DNA from: Piedraia hortae CBS 480.64
Taxonomy: Eukaryota
NCBI GenBank assembly: GCA_010093745.1
Contig: MU005959.1
Span: 300,270 to 364,269, forward strand
DNA: 64,000 bases
Reading direction: 5' to 3'
Shown here: one piece after another, positions 12,378 to 23,753 of the stretch
Position numbering within the stretch: the stretch's first letter is position 1
Layout: each line of letters begins with the position of its first letter
Notes under the pieces: model-generated
What the model was told of the DNA's origin: nothing
Database searches by the model: none
The model's input: only the letters and a program-made list of their open reading frames with translations
Translations under genes and position numbers: made by a program

Positions 12378-15300
12378 TTACAGTTCCTCGTTGCCATCGC
12401 CGTCCTGCGGCATGTTCTTGTCCTGATGGCTGAGGCTGGTGAAGTAATGACCCTGCGTTGTCTTGATCTGTCGCGTTCCCTCGTCATTGTAAATACTTTC
12501 GTTCTGAATGTTCGGGCTGGTGATGTGGCATCCCTCGTCATAGTCACGACCTTCGTTCTGACCCGGGCTGGCGAAGCCACCACCCTGCATCGTCTCGCTT
12601 TTCTGCGTTCCTTCCTTGGTGTTCCCACTTTTGTTCTGTTTGTTGCTGGCCAGGTGCCCACTGGCGGAGGCCTCGTCCTGCGTCTGGCCGGAATATTTGT
12701 CGTTGAGGAAGCCCCGAAGTTGCTGAGCAAGGTCTTCAGGTACAGGTGTCTCTCCCCCTGAGTCGAACCAGTCCGGGTAGCCCTCGGACTGGTCAATGTT
12801 TAGGATTTTAGGAAGGGTAAAGTAATCCGCCGCTGCCGCAGCATCGGCGTTGTAACCACCCTGTGGAGGAGATTGAGGGCCAAGCTGTGAGGTGTTACCC
12901 TGCTGCTGGCCTTGCTGCCCGTCTTGAGAGATGGTGTCTTGCCGGTCCGTCTGTTCGTGCTGTGGAGACTGGGTCACTTCTCGCTGAGCCTGCGGCTGAG
13001 AGCTGACTCGGTATTGCTGCACTTGCTGCTGAGTGTCGGCAGGACTTTGTTGCCCCTGCTGCCCGTGACGTTGAGAATTGGGAGACTTCTTATCCGTCTG
13101 CCCCAGTTGCTGTTTGTTGTGGTATTGCTGCCCTTGCTGGCCCTGTTGCGGAGGAATGGCCGGATCTTGCTGACTGTACGCCTGAGTGTTGGCCCGAGCT
13201 TGGTGCTCACGATTTGGGGCATTGGCGAACTGATGATCCGGCTGCGTGAGCTGCTGAACATTGCCGTACTGCTGAGCTTGCTGACTGTGCGCCTGGGCCT
13301 GAGGAGAGCCTTGCTGCTCGTGCAGCTGGGCATTGGCAGGGCTCGGGCCCGCATACTGTTGGGCATTGGCACGATCTTGCTGCTCGTGCTGCGAGGCGTT
13401 GGCATGTCCTTGTTGCCCGTGCTGCTGAATTTGGACATGCTGCTGAGCGGGTCGCCTGTACTGTAGTGCACTGGTATACTGCTCGCCTTGCTGCATGCGC
13501 TGCTGGAGGTGGGCGTACTGCCCGTGCTGGTGGTCACTTGCGCGCTGCTGGGCATGTTTTCTGTACTGCTGAGGTTCAACATACTGCTGACCTTGCCGCT
13601 CGTACTGCTGGACATTGCCACCATTCTGGGCGACGCTGTGCTGTGGCGCATGCTCTGGAGTCATCGCGCTGGGGCGTCCTGAGACTCCTGTGTTGTTGCT
13701 TTCAGGCATACCAGCTAATTTCTGGCGCTCTGGCGCGATCTCACCCTGCTTAATAGGACGGCTGTCACTCTGAGGATTATAGCCTTGTTGGGCAACATGA
13801 TCGTTGCCGCCATAGTTGTGAGAGGCATGCGCTTGTTCCTGTCCATAAATTGCTAAGCCAGCGGGGTGGACGGGCGTATCCTCCAGAGCAGGGTCAATCG
13901 TAGGGGTGGGCTTTACCTGTTGTTGTTGAAGGTTGCCCGTGGCGACAGGCTCAGACTGGCCACCGTCTTGCTTGGGCCCCACTGTTTCGAACGCCGGCAT
14001 TAGAGCCTGGTCATCCTGGAATGATGCCATGACCTGCTCCAGCTCCTCGGGGTGCTGCTGGTAGTACCTGTTCCACTCTTCTAAGAACGAAGCTTCCTCG
14101 GCGCTGCTCCCCGGTTCGACACGCTGCTGTTGCTGGAATGGTCCATTCGCGTTCGTACCAGGTTGCAGAGGCCTTTGGTCACCGGTAATTGTGGCAGATG
14201 CCGTCTCATCGTATTGCATGATATTTGACGCCATGTCACTCTGCGTTTCCTGCTGGTGGATATGAGAACCACCCTGCGGGTCTGCATGCTGAGTATCGCA
14301 AGGGGCTCCAGCGCCATCCTCGAGATAGTGATCAGGAGTTTGAATGCTCTGCTGAGCCATCTGAACATTACTTGATGAGGCCACAGCGCCTACGTTGACG
14401 GGAGCGTACTGGGATTTCAGCCGTCCCTGCTGGTAGACTTCATGACTAGCATGCGTACCGGGAGCATTTTGGGGTTCATGAACATTCTGTGGAATGAGTG
14501 CCCCCTGCATTAGGTTGGTATCTTTAGTGTATCCGGGCATCGACGGTGGAGGCATGTTCGTGCCTGCTTGGTGTCCCGGATGCATACACTCGTTCGTGAA
14601 ATAGGAGGTTTCATTGTATGCCTGCGCCTGGGAGCGTGGCCGCTCATTGCTCATATGAACTTGACTCTCCAGACTGCGGCGCTTGTGAGATCGCTCGTTC
14701 GAGGTCCCATCATCTTCAAGCCCGCGACGATGCTTGGGGCGAGACTTTTCGGTTTCATCGGCTATGACGGCCCGATATCGGGGCTCACAACGAGCTGCAA
14801 CTTCGTCTGGGCTTAGCACGTTGTATCTGACCCTGTGCTTGACTTTTCCCAGGGTCTCGGAATCGTACCACTTGGTAGGACAGCGTAGAATACTGTCAAG
14901 AAGGCCGTCATCGCCTACCAGGATTGCCAGAGCAATCGCCTTGTTGTATCGCGCGCCTCTTTCGATAAAGCTAAGGCGTTTGGAGAAGATAGTGCTCGTG
15001 TCTGTATCTGTCAGCGGAGTCAGGCCATTTTTATGTAGATGCCAGCATCGGAAATAGATCTTAGCACAGCGGGCGGTTGCAAAGTGCTCCAGACCAGGCT
15101 TATTGATAATGGCTTTGCACTGATCAAACATCTTGCGGTGGTCTCCGGACAACATTGTCGCAGGATCGGCCAGAATACCTCTGAGAATATTCTCACACAA
15201 CAAATGTGCGTGTTCGGCATCAACTTTGTCTATGTCATCATGCGGCACTGGAGTGGCCTCGAAGCCTTTGATTGTGCTCAGATAATCCTCAATAGCCTGT

Positions 15301-16304
15301 TCAGAGTTGAATACAATGGAATATTCCTTGACTCTTTCCATATTCATCAATTGTTGTGTGTATGAATGGAGATCATAGTGGGCTTTTGCGAAACGTGAGC
15401 CAGAAGACGGCTTAACTTGAGATGCTTGAGTTGATGCGGAGCTCGCAGCGTTCGGTTGTTGACTGTAAGCTTGCTGAGTGGGTACGCTGTCGCCTGCACC
15501 TGATGCCTGGAGAGATTGCGAGCTGTGACCGGCTACGCCCGCACGCATCTGCTGTGAGGTGTGCGCATTAATATATGAGTCAATATGAGCTGGGTTGGGT
15601 GCTTGTCCAGTATTGGAGGCAGTAGGAGCTAGATTGGATGCTTGTCCATGATTGGAAACAAGTCGAGCATTAGACGGAATAGTAGGTCCGGTAGGAATAA
15701 GGCCCATGCCAGAGTCGCGACGTTCCTCCAGATAGCGCTTCTTGACACATTTCGGGCAGGTTCCTGATTCTGTGACACGTTTGTAAAATCTCTTATTACA
15801 AAGATTGCAATTTATGCGAGGGCGGCCGGACTGAGACTTTCGGGAAGCGGGTTCTTCAGCTGGGACACTGCTGGTCTGTTGTTGGGTGGATGATTGCCCT
15901 TGACATCCGGCTGACGCTGGCTGGACGACATTTGAGTTCTGTTCCTGCGTTGGTGACGCCTGAGAATGGGCGGATGGAGATCCTTGGTGCCTTGCTGACG
16001 TTGGTTTATAAAATTCTGGATCCAGCACCCGCGTTCCTGGCGTCTGGTATTGGCCGCAAGCATATCTTTGGTAGCCATCTGACGTTGGCTGGTACAGATT
16101 GGGATTCTGTCCCAGGTTTACTGGTGTCTGGTATCGGCCGAGTGTATGCCCTTGGTAACCATACACCGTCTGGTACAGAGTCGGATCCTGTCCCAGGTTT
16201 ATCTGGTTCTGCTGTGGGCTGGGTGCATGTCCTTGCTGGTCATCTGATGCTGTCTGGTACAGATTCGGATCCTGTCCCTGGCTTGTTGGGGTCTGGTGCT
16301 CCAT
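12378..16304 (-). CDS. 1308-aa Gln-rich low-complexity protein with N-terminal ~27-28-aa repeats, a CxxC-x12-CxxC zinc-ribbon-like motif and a central globular domain
   Basis: Uninterrupted 3.9-kb ATG-initiated ORF; CNLCNKRFYKRVTESGTCPKC; Q/H-rich repeats in the C-terminal half. Confidence 0.75.
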   Translation of the reverse strand: MEHQTPTSQGQDPNLYQTASDDQQGHAPSPQQNQINLGQDPTLYQTVYGYQGHTLGRYQTPVNLGQNPNLYQPTSDGYQRYACGQYQTPGTRVLDPEFYKPTSARHQGSPSAHSQASPTQEQNSNVVQPASAGCQGQSSTQQQTSSVPAEEPASRKSQSGRPRINCNLCNKRFYKRVTESGTCPKCVKKRYLEERRDSGMGLIPTGPTIPSNARLVSNHGQASNLAPTASNTGQAPNPAHIDSYINAHTSQQMRAGVAGHSSQSLQASGAGDSVPTQQAYSQQPNAASSASTQASQVKPSSGSRFAKAHYDLHSYTQQLMNMERVKEYSIVFNSEQAIEDYLSTIKGFEATPVPHDDIDKVDAEHAHLLCENILRGILADPATMLSGDHRKMFDQCKAIINKPGLEHFATARCAKIYFRCWHLHKNGLTPLTDTDTSTIFSKRLSFIERGARYNKAIALAILVGDDGLLDSILRCPTKWYDSETLGKVKHRVRYNVLSPDEVAARCEPRYRAVIADETEKSRPKHRRGLEDDGTSNERSHKRRSLESQVHMSNERPRSQAQAYNETSYFTNECMHPGHQAGTNMPPPSMPGYTKDTNLMQGALIPQNVHEPQNAPGTHASHEVYQQGRLKSQYAPVNVGAVASSSNVQMAQQSIQTPDHYLEDGAGAPCDTQHADPQGGSHIHQQETQSDMASNIMQYDETASATITGDQRPLQPGTNANGPFQQQQRVEPGSSAEEASFLEEWNRYYQQHPEELEQVMASFQDDQALMPAFETVGPKQDGGQSEPVATGNLQQQQVKPTPTIDPALEDTPVHPAGLAIYGQEQAHASHNYGGNDHVAQQGYNPQSDSRPIKQGEIAPERQKLAGMPESNNTGVSGRPSAMTPEHAPQHSVAQNGGNVQQYERQGQQYVEPQQYRKHAQQRASDHQHGQYAHLQQRMQQGEQYTSALQYRRPAQQHVQIQQHGQQGHANASQHEQQDRANAQQYAGPSPANAQLHEQQGSPQAQAHSQQAQQYGNVQQLTQPDHQFANAPNREHQARANTQAYSQQDPAIPPQQGQQGQQYHNKQQLGQTDKKSPNSQRHGQQGQQSPADTQQQVQQYRVSSQPQAQREVTQSPQHEQTDRQDTISQDGQQGQQQGNTSQLGPQSPPQGGYNADAAAAADYFTLPKILNIDQSEGYPDWFDSGGETPVPEDLAQQLRGFLNDKYSGQTQDEASASGHLASNKQNKSGNTKEGTQKSETMQGGGFASPGQNEGRDYDEGCHITSPNIQNESIYNDEGTRQIKTTQGHYFTSLSHQDKNMPQDGDGNEEL

Positions 16305-17644
16305 GACTTGTGTTCAGACGATGAGGCTTGACACGTGCTGCAAGTTCTAAGGAGTGAGTGACTGATGCACAGGTCCGATCGCCTTGATCGATGCTGGATG
16401 TGTGTTTTTGAGTGATAGAGTGGTATGAAATGAGAATGTGTCGTAGTAGGGTGAGTGCGGTGTTGTGTTGAAGAAGAAGAATGCAGTCAAGAAGTAAAAT
16501 GGTGGGCTTGTCCAAGTGGAACATGTTGACTCTCACCATGGCTGGCTGGTGGGAATGCTCAATGTGACTGTCGAGTGTGTTTAGCATTGCTCTTTCACCT
16601 AAGAGAGATAAATCACCTCGATCAAGTCACATGGGTGGAGGATGCTTGAAGGGCATTCACTCGCCTTGCCTAGATGACCTCTTTGATGCAGTCGGTCTAA
16701 CCAACCAGCGTGGTAATTCACGATGCATATCAGGTCAGACAAGAGCCGTATTGATTTCTATTCGTCCACCTCTGCATAACGGCCCATGGATTCCGGATAT
16801 TCATAACCTTTTGACCCATCTGAATGGAGTTGCTTGCTTGACTCAGCATGGGCTCTCAAGTCCAAATTCAACAGCACATCAAGAAATCTCTTTTGACTTG
16901 GGTGAAAATCTTCGGACGAATGTGACACTGGCTATCTCATCGGCCGGACATGCCAATTTGTTTACGGATCTTGTGATGATCGCACACGTTGAGCCCACCT
17001 CAAAGTTTGTCCTTCTCCACAGAAGACTGAACTTAAACTTCGGTTGATACCGCACATCAATTTTGGCACTCTGCGCTCTTTCGATTTCTCCAACATTATA
17101 AACCTCCGGATGCGCCAACAGTGCATAATAATAACTGCGTCGCCACCCCGCATTCTCTGGAACCAGCAAGGCACTCTTCATATCGGCAAAAATCATGATG
17201 CGCGGTGCTGTGTAATTGAGGCACCAACAAGCAGCGGAACGTTTCCGCCCATCCTAGATGGCTTTCATCTCAACACAGAGAAAATTCTACAATTGCCATA
17301 CACCAGAGAGATTGTTCCGTCCTCACCTCCACTCCTGATGCTATCCTATGATCTTGGGCAACTTGATAGGATGCCTATTCATCTTAAGCACACCTCCTGC
17401 GAGCTATGTATATCATGGCTTTTGCTAAAGCTCATGGACGAGATATCGGAGCAACTTTCCTGATTGCGTTCTTGACACTCTTGCCGAGCAGATGGCGACT
17501 GCGAGCTTATACATGTCTGGCTTGCGCGTGGTCATGTCTTGGCACCCCAAAGTTTGGCTAGTAGAAGAAGCAGAAAGGGCAGATCTCTTCTGAGTGCAGT
17601 ATAGCAAAGAAAGACATCAGATACAGCGAGCGAGAAAGCAATCT

Positions 17645-20481
17645 CTATCTCCACCTCTCTTTTCTATCGCAATCCTCCTCGCTGATTGCATAAGAATCAG
17701 CGCGCATGAGACCCTCTCTACTGACAAGGCCTTCTCTACTGCTTTGCTCGCGCACGGCGCCGCCAATAAGGCGCCAGTCGCTGCTATCGGGTGATTGATC
17801 TCTCAGGGCGGGAGTGTGGTAGCCTATTGGATACTCCGTCTCACCGCCAGAGGCGTCCGTGTTGGTCCTTCGAGCAGGTTGGGGTCGGTGTCTTGACGCG
17901 CTGCGACTCTGCGACAAGCTATCTTCGCTGTCCCTCGTTAGAGTTGATGTCAGGATGGACATGCTATCTTCTCGCCCCCCAAATTCGGGCCTGTACTTTT
18001 GGTGTTCGTAGTCCATCTCATGCTCGGCAACGATCTCGAATGGCGTATTCATCTGAACTCGGCCGGCGGCCTGGCCAGGCTGGCGAGAATCCATGGCGTC
18101 AAGGTAAACATCGTTGTAGCTTGATGCAAGCATCTCGCCATCGGCCGAAGTTCGTCCGCGGTAGATATCGCGGAGGATATACTTTGCTTTGGCCGACACC
18201 ATGGGTGTGATGAGTGGCTTGTACAACACCGGGTGGCCAAACCGGAACCCTACACGGTCCCCCTTGCGTTTCCGCCCTTCTCCATCTGTCTCGCCTGCCA
18301 TTTTCCCCTTTTGGTAATAGTGGATGGCATCATCGTACGTGTGGCGACAGTAGATTTTGAAAGCAATCAAAAGGAGAGGTAGAGGTCCCATGGCAGCTAG
18401 CATGGACCAGTTCGCACCTTGGCCTGCGCCTTGAGTTGCTACCAGCAATGCAACCACTACATTGCCCAAAAATGTGCACACGAGCATCCGATTGAACAAG
18501 GCACGCCAGAACATCCCGCCGGACTCATACTTTGTGATGAAGACGTACAGGAGGAGGTATTTTTTGAGGAACGAGTCGATGAAAAAGTACAGGGCGGTGA
18601 CGGGCAACGCCAGGGGCTGTAAAACACCCACGCTAACGGCCACGGTTGAGTAAAAGAGGAAGTAGTGGTAGTAGCCGGCATAGTCGAACGGCTGCGGTGC
18701 CGACATTTCAATGAGCTCCCGCGGCGTCGGGGAGAAGAAACGGCGGTAAATCGATGCTTGGAACAGCCGGAGTGCCTGGCTGAGATCAACGGCTGTGCCA
18801 ATATTGCGCTGCAGCAGCCATGACACCCAATAAGGCGAAATTTGGCACAAAGTGATAACGATTGTGTTGAGCGGGTGCTGTTGCTCCATGGCCTTCCACA
18901 CATTCCCACCTTCCCTGCTGGCTTTGGCAATGGCTGCCACGTAGCCGAAGATGCAAGAGAAGACGGAAAATACGATGAAGTTGTTGAAGACGAAGAACGA
19001 GTAGAGTTTCTGCATAACGTGTCGCTCGCGGCTCGTCTTGGTGACATCGCCAGCATTGACGCACAGCTTGCGAAAGATGGCCGGTAAGAAGTAGTAAAAG
19101 GCCGTGGTAAGTGCAGGCGAGAGGATACCCTGGACGATTCCCCACCAGGTTGGGTGGGCAAAAAGCGAAGTTTGGAAGGCCTTCCACAGCAGCCCCAGAT
19201 GGGCCAAGTTAGAGAGGAAGACGGCGATGAGGACGTTTGGTATGACCCACAACAACGTGAGTACCGAAACCCAGAGATTATTGACAATGTTGCGTCGCCT
19301 GCGTTCACTTTTTAGCAAAGGCAGATTCTTCCACACCAAAGCGGTCGGCCTTGGAGCCAAGCGAACGATTGTCCCTTCTGGACCATTACTACGAGCCGCG
19401 TATGCTTTGGCATGAGCTTCACCAATTGTGGCATAGCTGGCAAAACCATACGAGAGGGCGTTTCGCATGTCCACCGACTCGCGCACGCCTTTGATATTCT
19501 TTTCCAGCTCAGCGATACGAGTGGTTAAGTAATCGATTGCATCGACCTGGCGGCTGCTGCCACCGTCTTTCGCCTTGATGGTGGGGCGTTTGCTTGGCAA
19601 GCGGTCAGGGTTCTTGAGGTATTTTGCCAAGATGCTCTCCAGTTCACGCACCGTTTTGTCGTGCTCATGGATCATATCTGGCAGGTCTTTGACGTTGCGT
19701 GCAATGGCTGCACGTGGCGGATGGTCTGCTGGAACGGGAATGCTCTCGGTGAGGCGAACGATACCATCATCGGTGCGACGATCTTTTGGGATATCCGTCA
19801 GCAAAAGGGTGCGGGCATGCAAGCTGCGCTGGTAATCGGAGTCCTCAAAGTAGGCCCTCCTTAGACGCAAAACGGCCCGGTAGTTCACCCACAGAGAGGC
19901 ACAAATTATAAAGTTGAACAGATACGCAACAACCACATAGGCCCAGAAAGCTCGCTGGCCGTACATGTATTGCGGCGTGAGCCGTAGGAAGAATGTGACC
20001 CCATTTGCAGTCGAGTTTGCAGCGAGTAGATTGACCGGAATCAAAATGCCACAACCGACTACGCTCAAAGCAAGGAACAGGGTCCTGAGCATATGCGTGA
20101 AACGCATAAACAGGGCAGCGTCCAGACCAACAGTCTCCACCATTTCTTGCTCCGACACTCGGATGAGGGGAGGGATCCAATCAAAGAGGCCTTTGTTGAC
20201 CGGAGGCGGTGCATGCTTGCTGTCTGTGTACTTTGAACGTGGCGCATACACATCGGTATTGAAGGGCCGTAGGAGACAAAAGATGAGGGCAATGGCAAGG
20301 GTCAATGCCGCCGAGGAGATGAGGGAAGCTGCAAACGCAGTGTTGTAAAGCTGAAATGGATAAGCATTCTGCTGAGGGATAGGAAGGAACTGCTTACTGA
20401 ACTGGACCAAGGCGAGGCGATAAGCCTCAGGAACTCGCAGCTGGGATCATCTCCATCGCAAGGTACTGCAGGCTGGGACAT
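17645..20481 (-). CDS. CSC1/OSCA/TMEM63 (DUF221, RSN1/PHM7-like) calcium-permeable stress-gated channel
   Basis: VYAPR, GLDAALFMRF, VDAIDY, LAPRP and YESGG motifs; many transmembrane segments. Likely start ATG 20481 (MSQPAVPC...) with intron 20351-20397 (GTAAGC...TTTCAG). Confidence 0.92.
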
Positions 20482-21063
20482 GGGGATTTATTCTGGCCAG
20501 CGGGCCAGCCGGCGGCCGGGTGACAAGAGCTGCTGGGAAAGAATGCGGCCAGAAAGTGGATAGAGAAAAAGGAGCGGCGGAGGTTGGAACTGGTTGGCGA
20601 TCTCGAACGCGCGTCGCGGACTTGTTCTGTTGGCACCAAGAACGCGTCGAAGAAGCGCAGGGGTACAGTCGGCTGGTCTCTATACTGCACAGGCACCAGG
20701 CCGTAGCTGTAGCGATGCTGGCCTAGCTGGGCAGGCTACGCATTCAGCTGCTTGAGAGGCGTCGTGTTCTATTTATAGCCTGTCCCTGCATAAGCGCGGC
20801 CTGTCGCGGCTGCGGGATATGCCGCTGCACGTCAAAGTCGCGCTTTCCCATCCTCGTCGTGCAAGACAAGCATTGTCGCATGTTATAAACATTCGACGAT
20901 CCAACAAGATGACACTGCTTGAATAGATGCAGTAGAAAAAGGAAGATCGGGTCCTAATAATCGTACAAACCGCACGCCTCTTAAAACGCAAATGGTATAA
21001 CGAAACGTGCCCAGCTCCCACCCAGTAATCCTTCATACCATCGTCTAATGTTCAGTGATGCGA

Positions 21064-21546
21064 TTATTCCTCGGCTTCCTCTTCGTCATCATTGCCCTGC
21101 TGGACGCGATTAGCATCAAGAGAAATATACTGACAGTCAAAAGACTTACTGCTGTGTACGCGGCCTTTTCCTCTTCATATCGTTTCTTGTCAGCGGTCGC
21201 CTTGGCCTCATACGGCTCCTTGTCCTTGGGCTCGAGAGCCTTCCACTTTTCGCCCAGGATTTTGCCAACCTCGCCTGGCAGATTGTTAGATACACGTTAT
21301 ACAGAGGGGCGTATTATATTGCTTACCGAACTTGATGCCTGGGTTATCCTCGCGCACCTTGTCGCGCTGCTCGTTGGCAAAGAACATGTAGGCGGAGAGG
21401 CCGCGTTTGGGCATGTTGGGGTCTGCAACGTTGGTCAGTATATTCGAACTATCAGCAAGATATGACAACAAACCTTTGCGCTTCTTGCCGCCCTCGGCCT
21501 TGCTGGCCTTGGCCGACTTGCGCGAGGTAGTCTTTTCTTTAGGCAT
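21064..21546 (-). CDS. NHP6: HMG-box non-histone chromosomal protein Nhp6 (3 introns)
   Basis: Spliced product MPKEKTT...[50 protein letters not shown]...RYEEEKAAY...EEEAEE*. Confidence 0.95.
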
Positions 21547-22474
21547 TGTCGAAGCTGTCGAAAGCTGAAGAAGGTTGGTGTGGTGTGGAACTTTGGAAGC
21601 GGTTGTTGTTTGCCAAAGATGTACAACTGAGCGGGGTGTTAGCGCGCGACCACAACAAAGTCGAAGCGAGGACGACAAGGCAGTAGCGAATAGAGAGTGA
21701 CGTGAATGAACAATCAGAGCATGTGAGAGCATGTTCTGTATGTAGCAAAAGATTGGAAGTGGGCAGTGGGCAGCGAATAGGGGTACAAAGTCGGCAAAGT
21801 GTGCAATCGCGAGGTACTGACCTTTGCGGGAGCTGTTGGGGGAGAGAGCGGAGGACAGAGGCGGGACCTGATAAAAGCGTACAGCCGAGCACGCCGTGCC
21901 TTAATTTACCCGCTAAGCCCCCAGCCTCACGCGTTAAATTCCCACCCGTCGTCGCCCTGACGTGTTGGCCAGCAAATGTAAACAAACAACAATGCGCGAC
22001 GCTTTGGTCTTTTTTGCTTGTCTGCTCTTGCCTGTCATCTTCCTGAGTCAAGGCGTCCCGTCTGTCAGATGAGACTCACTGTCTTCCCCGCACTTGCTCC
22101 ACACTCTGCCACCGGAACGCAGCTGAGGTGACAACTGAGACAAAGGCTTGCTGCATATCGGTGAAGCCTCGGTGATGCTTGCAAAAATTCCAGCAATGCA
22201 TCTATATCAGGTTAACAAACCGTTTATAGGCTCAATAGTGCCCTCTAACTTCTCTATTCCCCCTAAGGTTTTCCTTGTACGGTCTGCGAAATGTATTGGC
22301 AGCCAGCCGAGAGTTGAATCAATACCCAAGAGCCAGCATATGGCACTGTTGTAGATGGTTTAATTCAGTGAAATGAGGATCGGAACCTGAGTATTGGAGT
22401 GGCAATGTGATGTAAGCACGAACCAGGGAACAGGTGGTCAGGGGAAATGGGGAGATGGGGGAAGATTCGAAGAA

Positions 22475-23395
22475 CTACCACTCAAGCTCGATATTGGCTT
22501 CAGAATTGTCGGCTTTGACAACCCGCACCGGTGGTGCAAATGGTTCCAGAAAGCACGTCTTTGGCTCAACCAGCCATGGTGGCACGGACAAGTTGCTAGG
22601 TTCCGAGGGCGCTGCACAGTCACTGGTGCCTATGGAATCAAGAGCGGGCTCCGTGTCTTGTTTGTGATCTCGTAACTGCTGTTCGCTCACTTTGTACTTG
22701 GGCATACGTACTCTCTTCAGTTTGCGACAGTCTTCTTTCGACGCTTCAACGCGAGGACGGCGTAGTCCCAAGGCTTCTTGTTCTTGCCGCAAACGAGCTC
22801 TGTACCTTTGCATGCGCAGTCGACCAGCATCACGCCTATGCTGTTGTTCCTTGTCGCTGCTCTCTGGCAGCCGGGGCCGGCCCCGTCTATCTTTTGCAAT
22901 AGAGCCAAAGTCAGTGGCACATGCTTCTTCGCCTGCCACAGGCACCACTCCCTGGTTCTCTGCGCGCCTGGTCGTTAGAGGCGGCCCGTAGTCGCACCCA
23001 CGCCCTCGCGCTTGCTTATTGCCTTTCAGCCAGAGTGTTTCGAGATGCTTGGATCCTCGTTTCCCACTGTCCATCTTTAGGCACTCTTCCAGGATCGGAT
23101 TATTATGCTCATCAATGGAGGCTTGCTTATCCCACTGGATTGGATTGACTTCCACAGCTAACTTGTCAGCCTCTGAGTTATTTTGCTTGCAACCTTGGAG
23201 TTCCACAACGGCTTGCTCCGACGCAGAAAAAAGTCTGGGGTCAATGGGTATGTCATATAGTGGCGTGGCCCGAGGCTGTATTGCCTTTGCATTGCTACGG
23301 GGCTGAAATTCTGCTTCATTATGTAAGCTGCGCATTACACTGGCCGACTGTCTAGCTCCTGTCAGCTGCCGTAGCTCTTCAAGGTCAGTTGTCAA
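22475..23395 (-). CDS. Hypothetical protein with an AT-hook-like RRGRPR motif and a basic helix
   Basis: 306-codon open frame; RRGRPR followed by RRDAGRLRMQRYRARLRQEQ. Start codon uncertain. Confidence 0.45.
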   Translation of the reverse strand: MTTDLEELRQLTGARQSASVMRSLHNEAEFQPRSNAKAIQPRATPLYDIPIDPRLFSASEQAVVELQGCKQNNSEADKLAVEVNPIQWDKQASIDEHNNPILEECLKMDSGKRGSKHLETLWLKGNKQARGRGCDYGPPLTTRRAENQGVVPVAGEEACATDFGSIAKDRRGRPRLPESSDKEQQHRRDAGRLRMQRYRARLRQEQEALGLRRPRVEASKEDCRKLKRVRMPKYKVSEQQLRDHKQDTEPALDSIGTSDCAAPSEPSNLSVPPWLVEPKTCFLEPFAPPVRVVKADNSEANIELEW

Positions 23396-23753
23396 TCAGA
23401 CCAGCCTGCGTGAGACCCCAAGCTTCCTCTTATGTCGATATTGCATCAGTGGTGCCGTTGCCTTGGCACGGCAAAATCTGATTGGCTGAAGGATTGTCAA
23501 GCATCACGTGATGCCCCGAAACGGCCCCCAACCGTCCTTCTGCCTCACACATTTATCACATAGTCACAGATCATCGATGGGTCGTTCGCATAGCCACTCA
23601 ACGCCATTTTCCGCTTCAATTTCGTCGCAGTGTATCGTTGCCGCTCCTCACCTTTTGCGTCCTGATCTCAGTCTCGTTCTGCCGCGGTGGCTTCTGGCAC
23701 GGGGCCCGCCTTGAAAGGTGGGCGAAAACATATATTCCTGCGGGATCGCAGCG

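Noticed and set aside
12212..16306. Numerous overlapping and antisense ORFs over the Q-rich gene, and likewise over NOT1, CSC1 and the F-BAR gene
   Set aside because: Shadow frames produced by codon bias and repeats in real CDSs.
16600..17600. Short ORFs between the Q-rich gene and CSC1
   Set aside because: No recognisable motifs; multiple stops in all frames.
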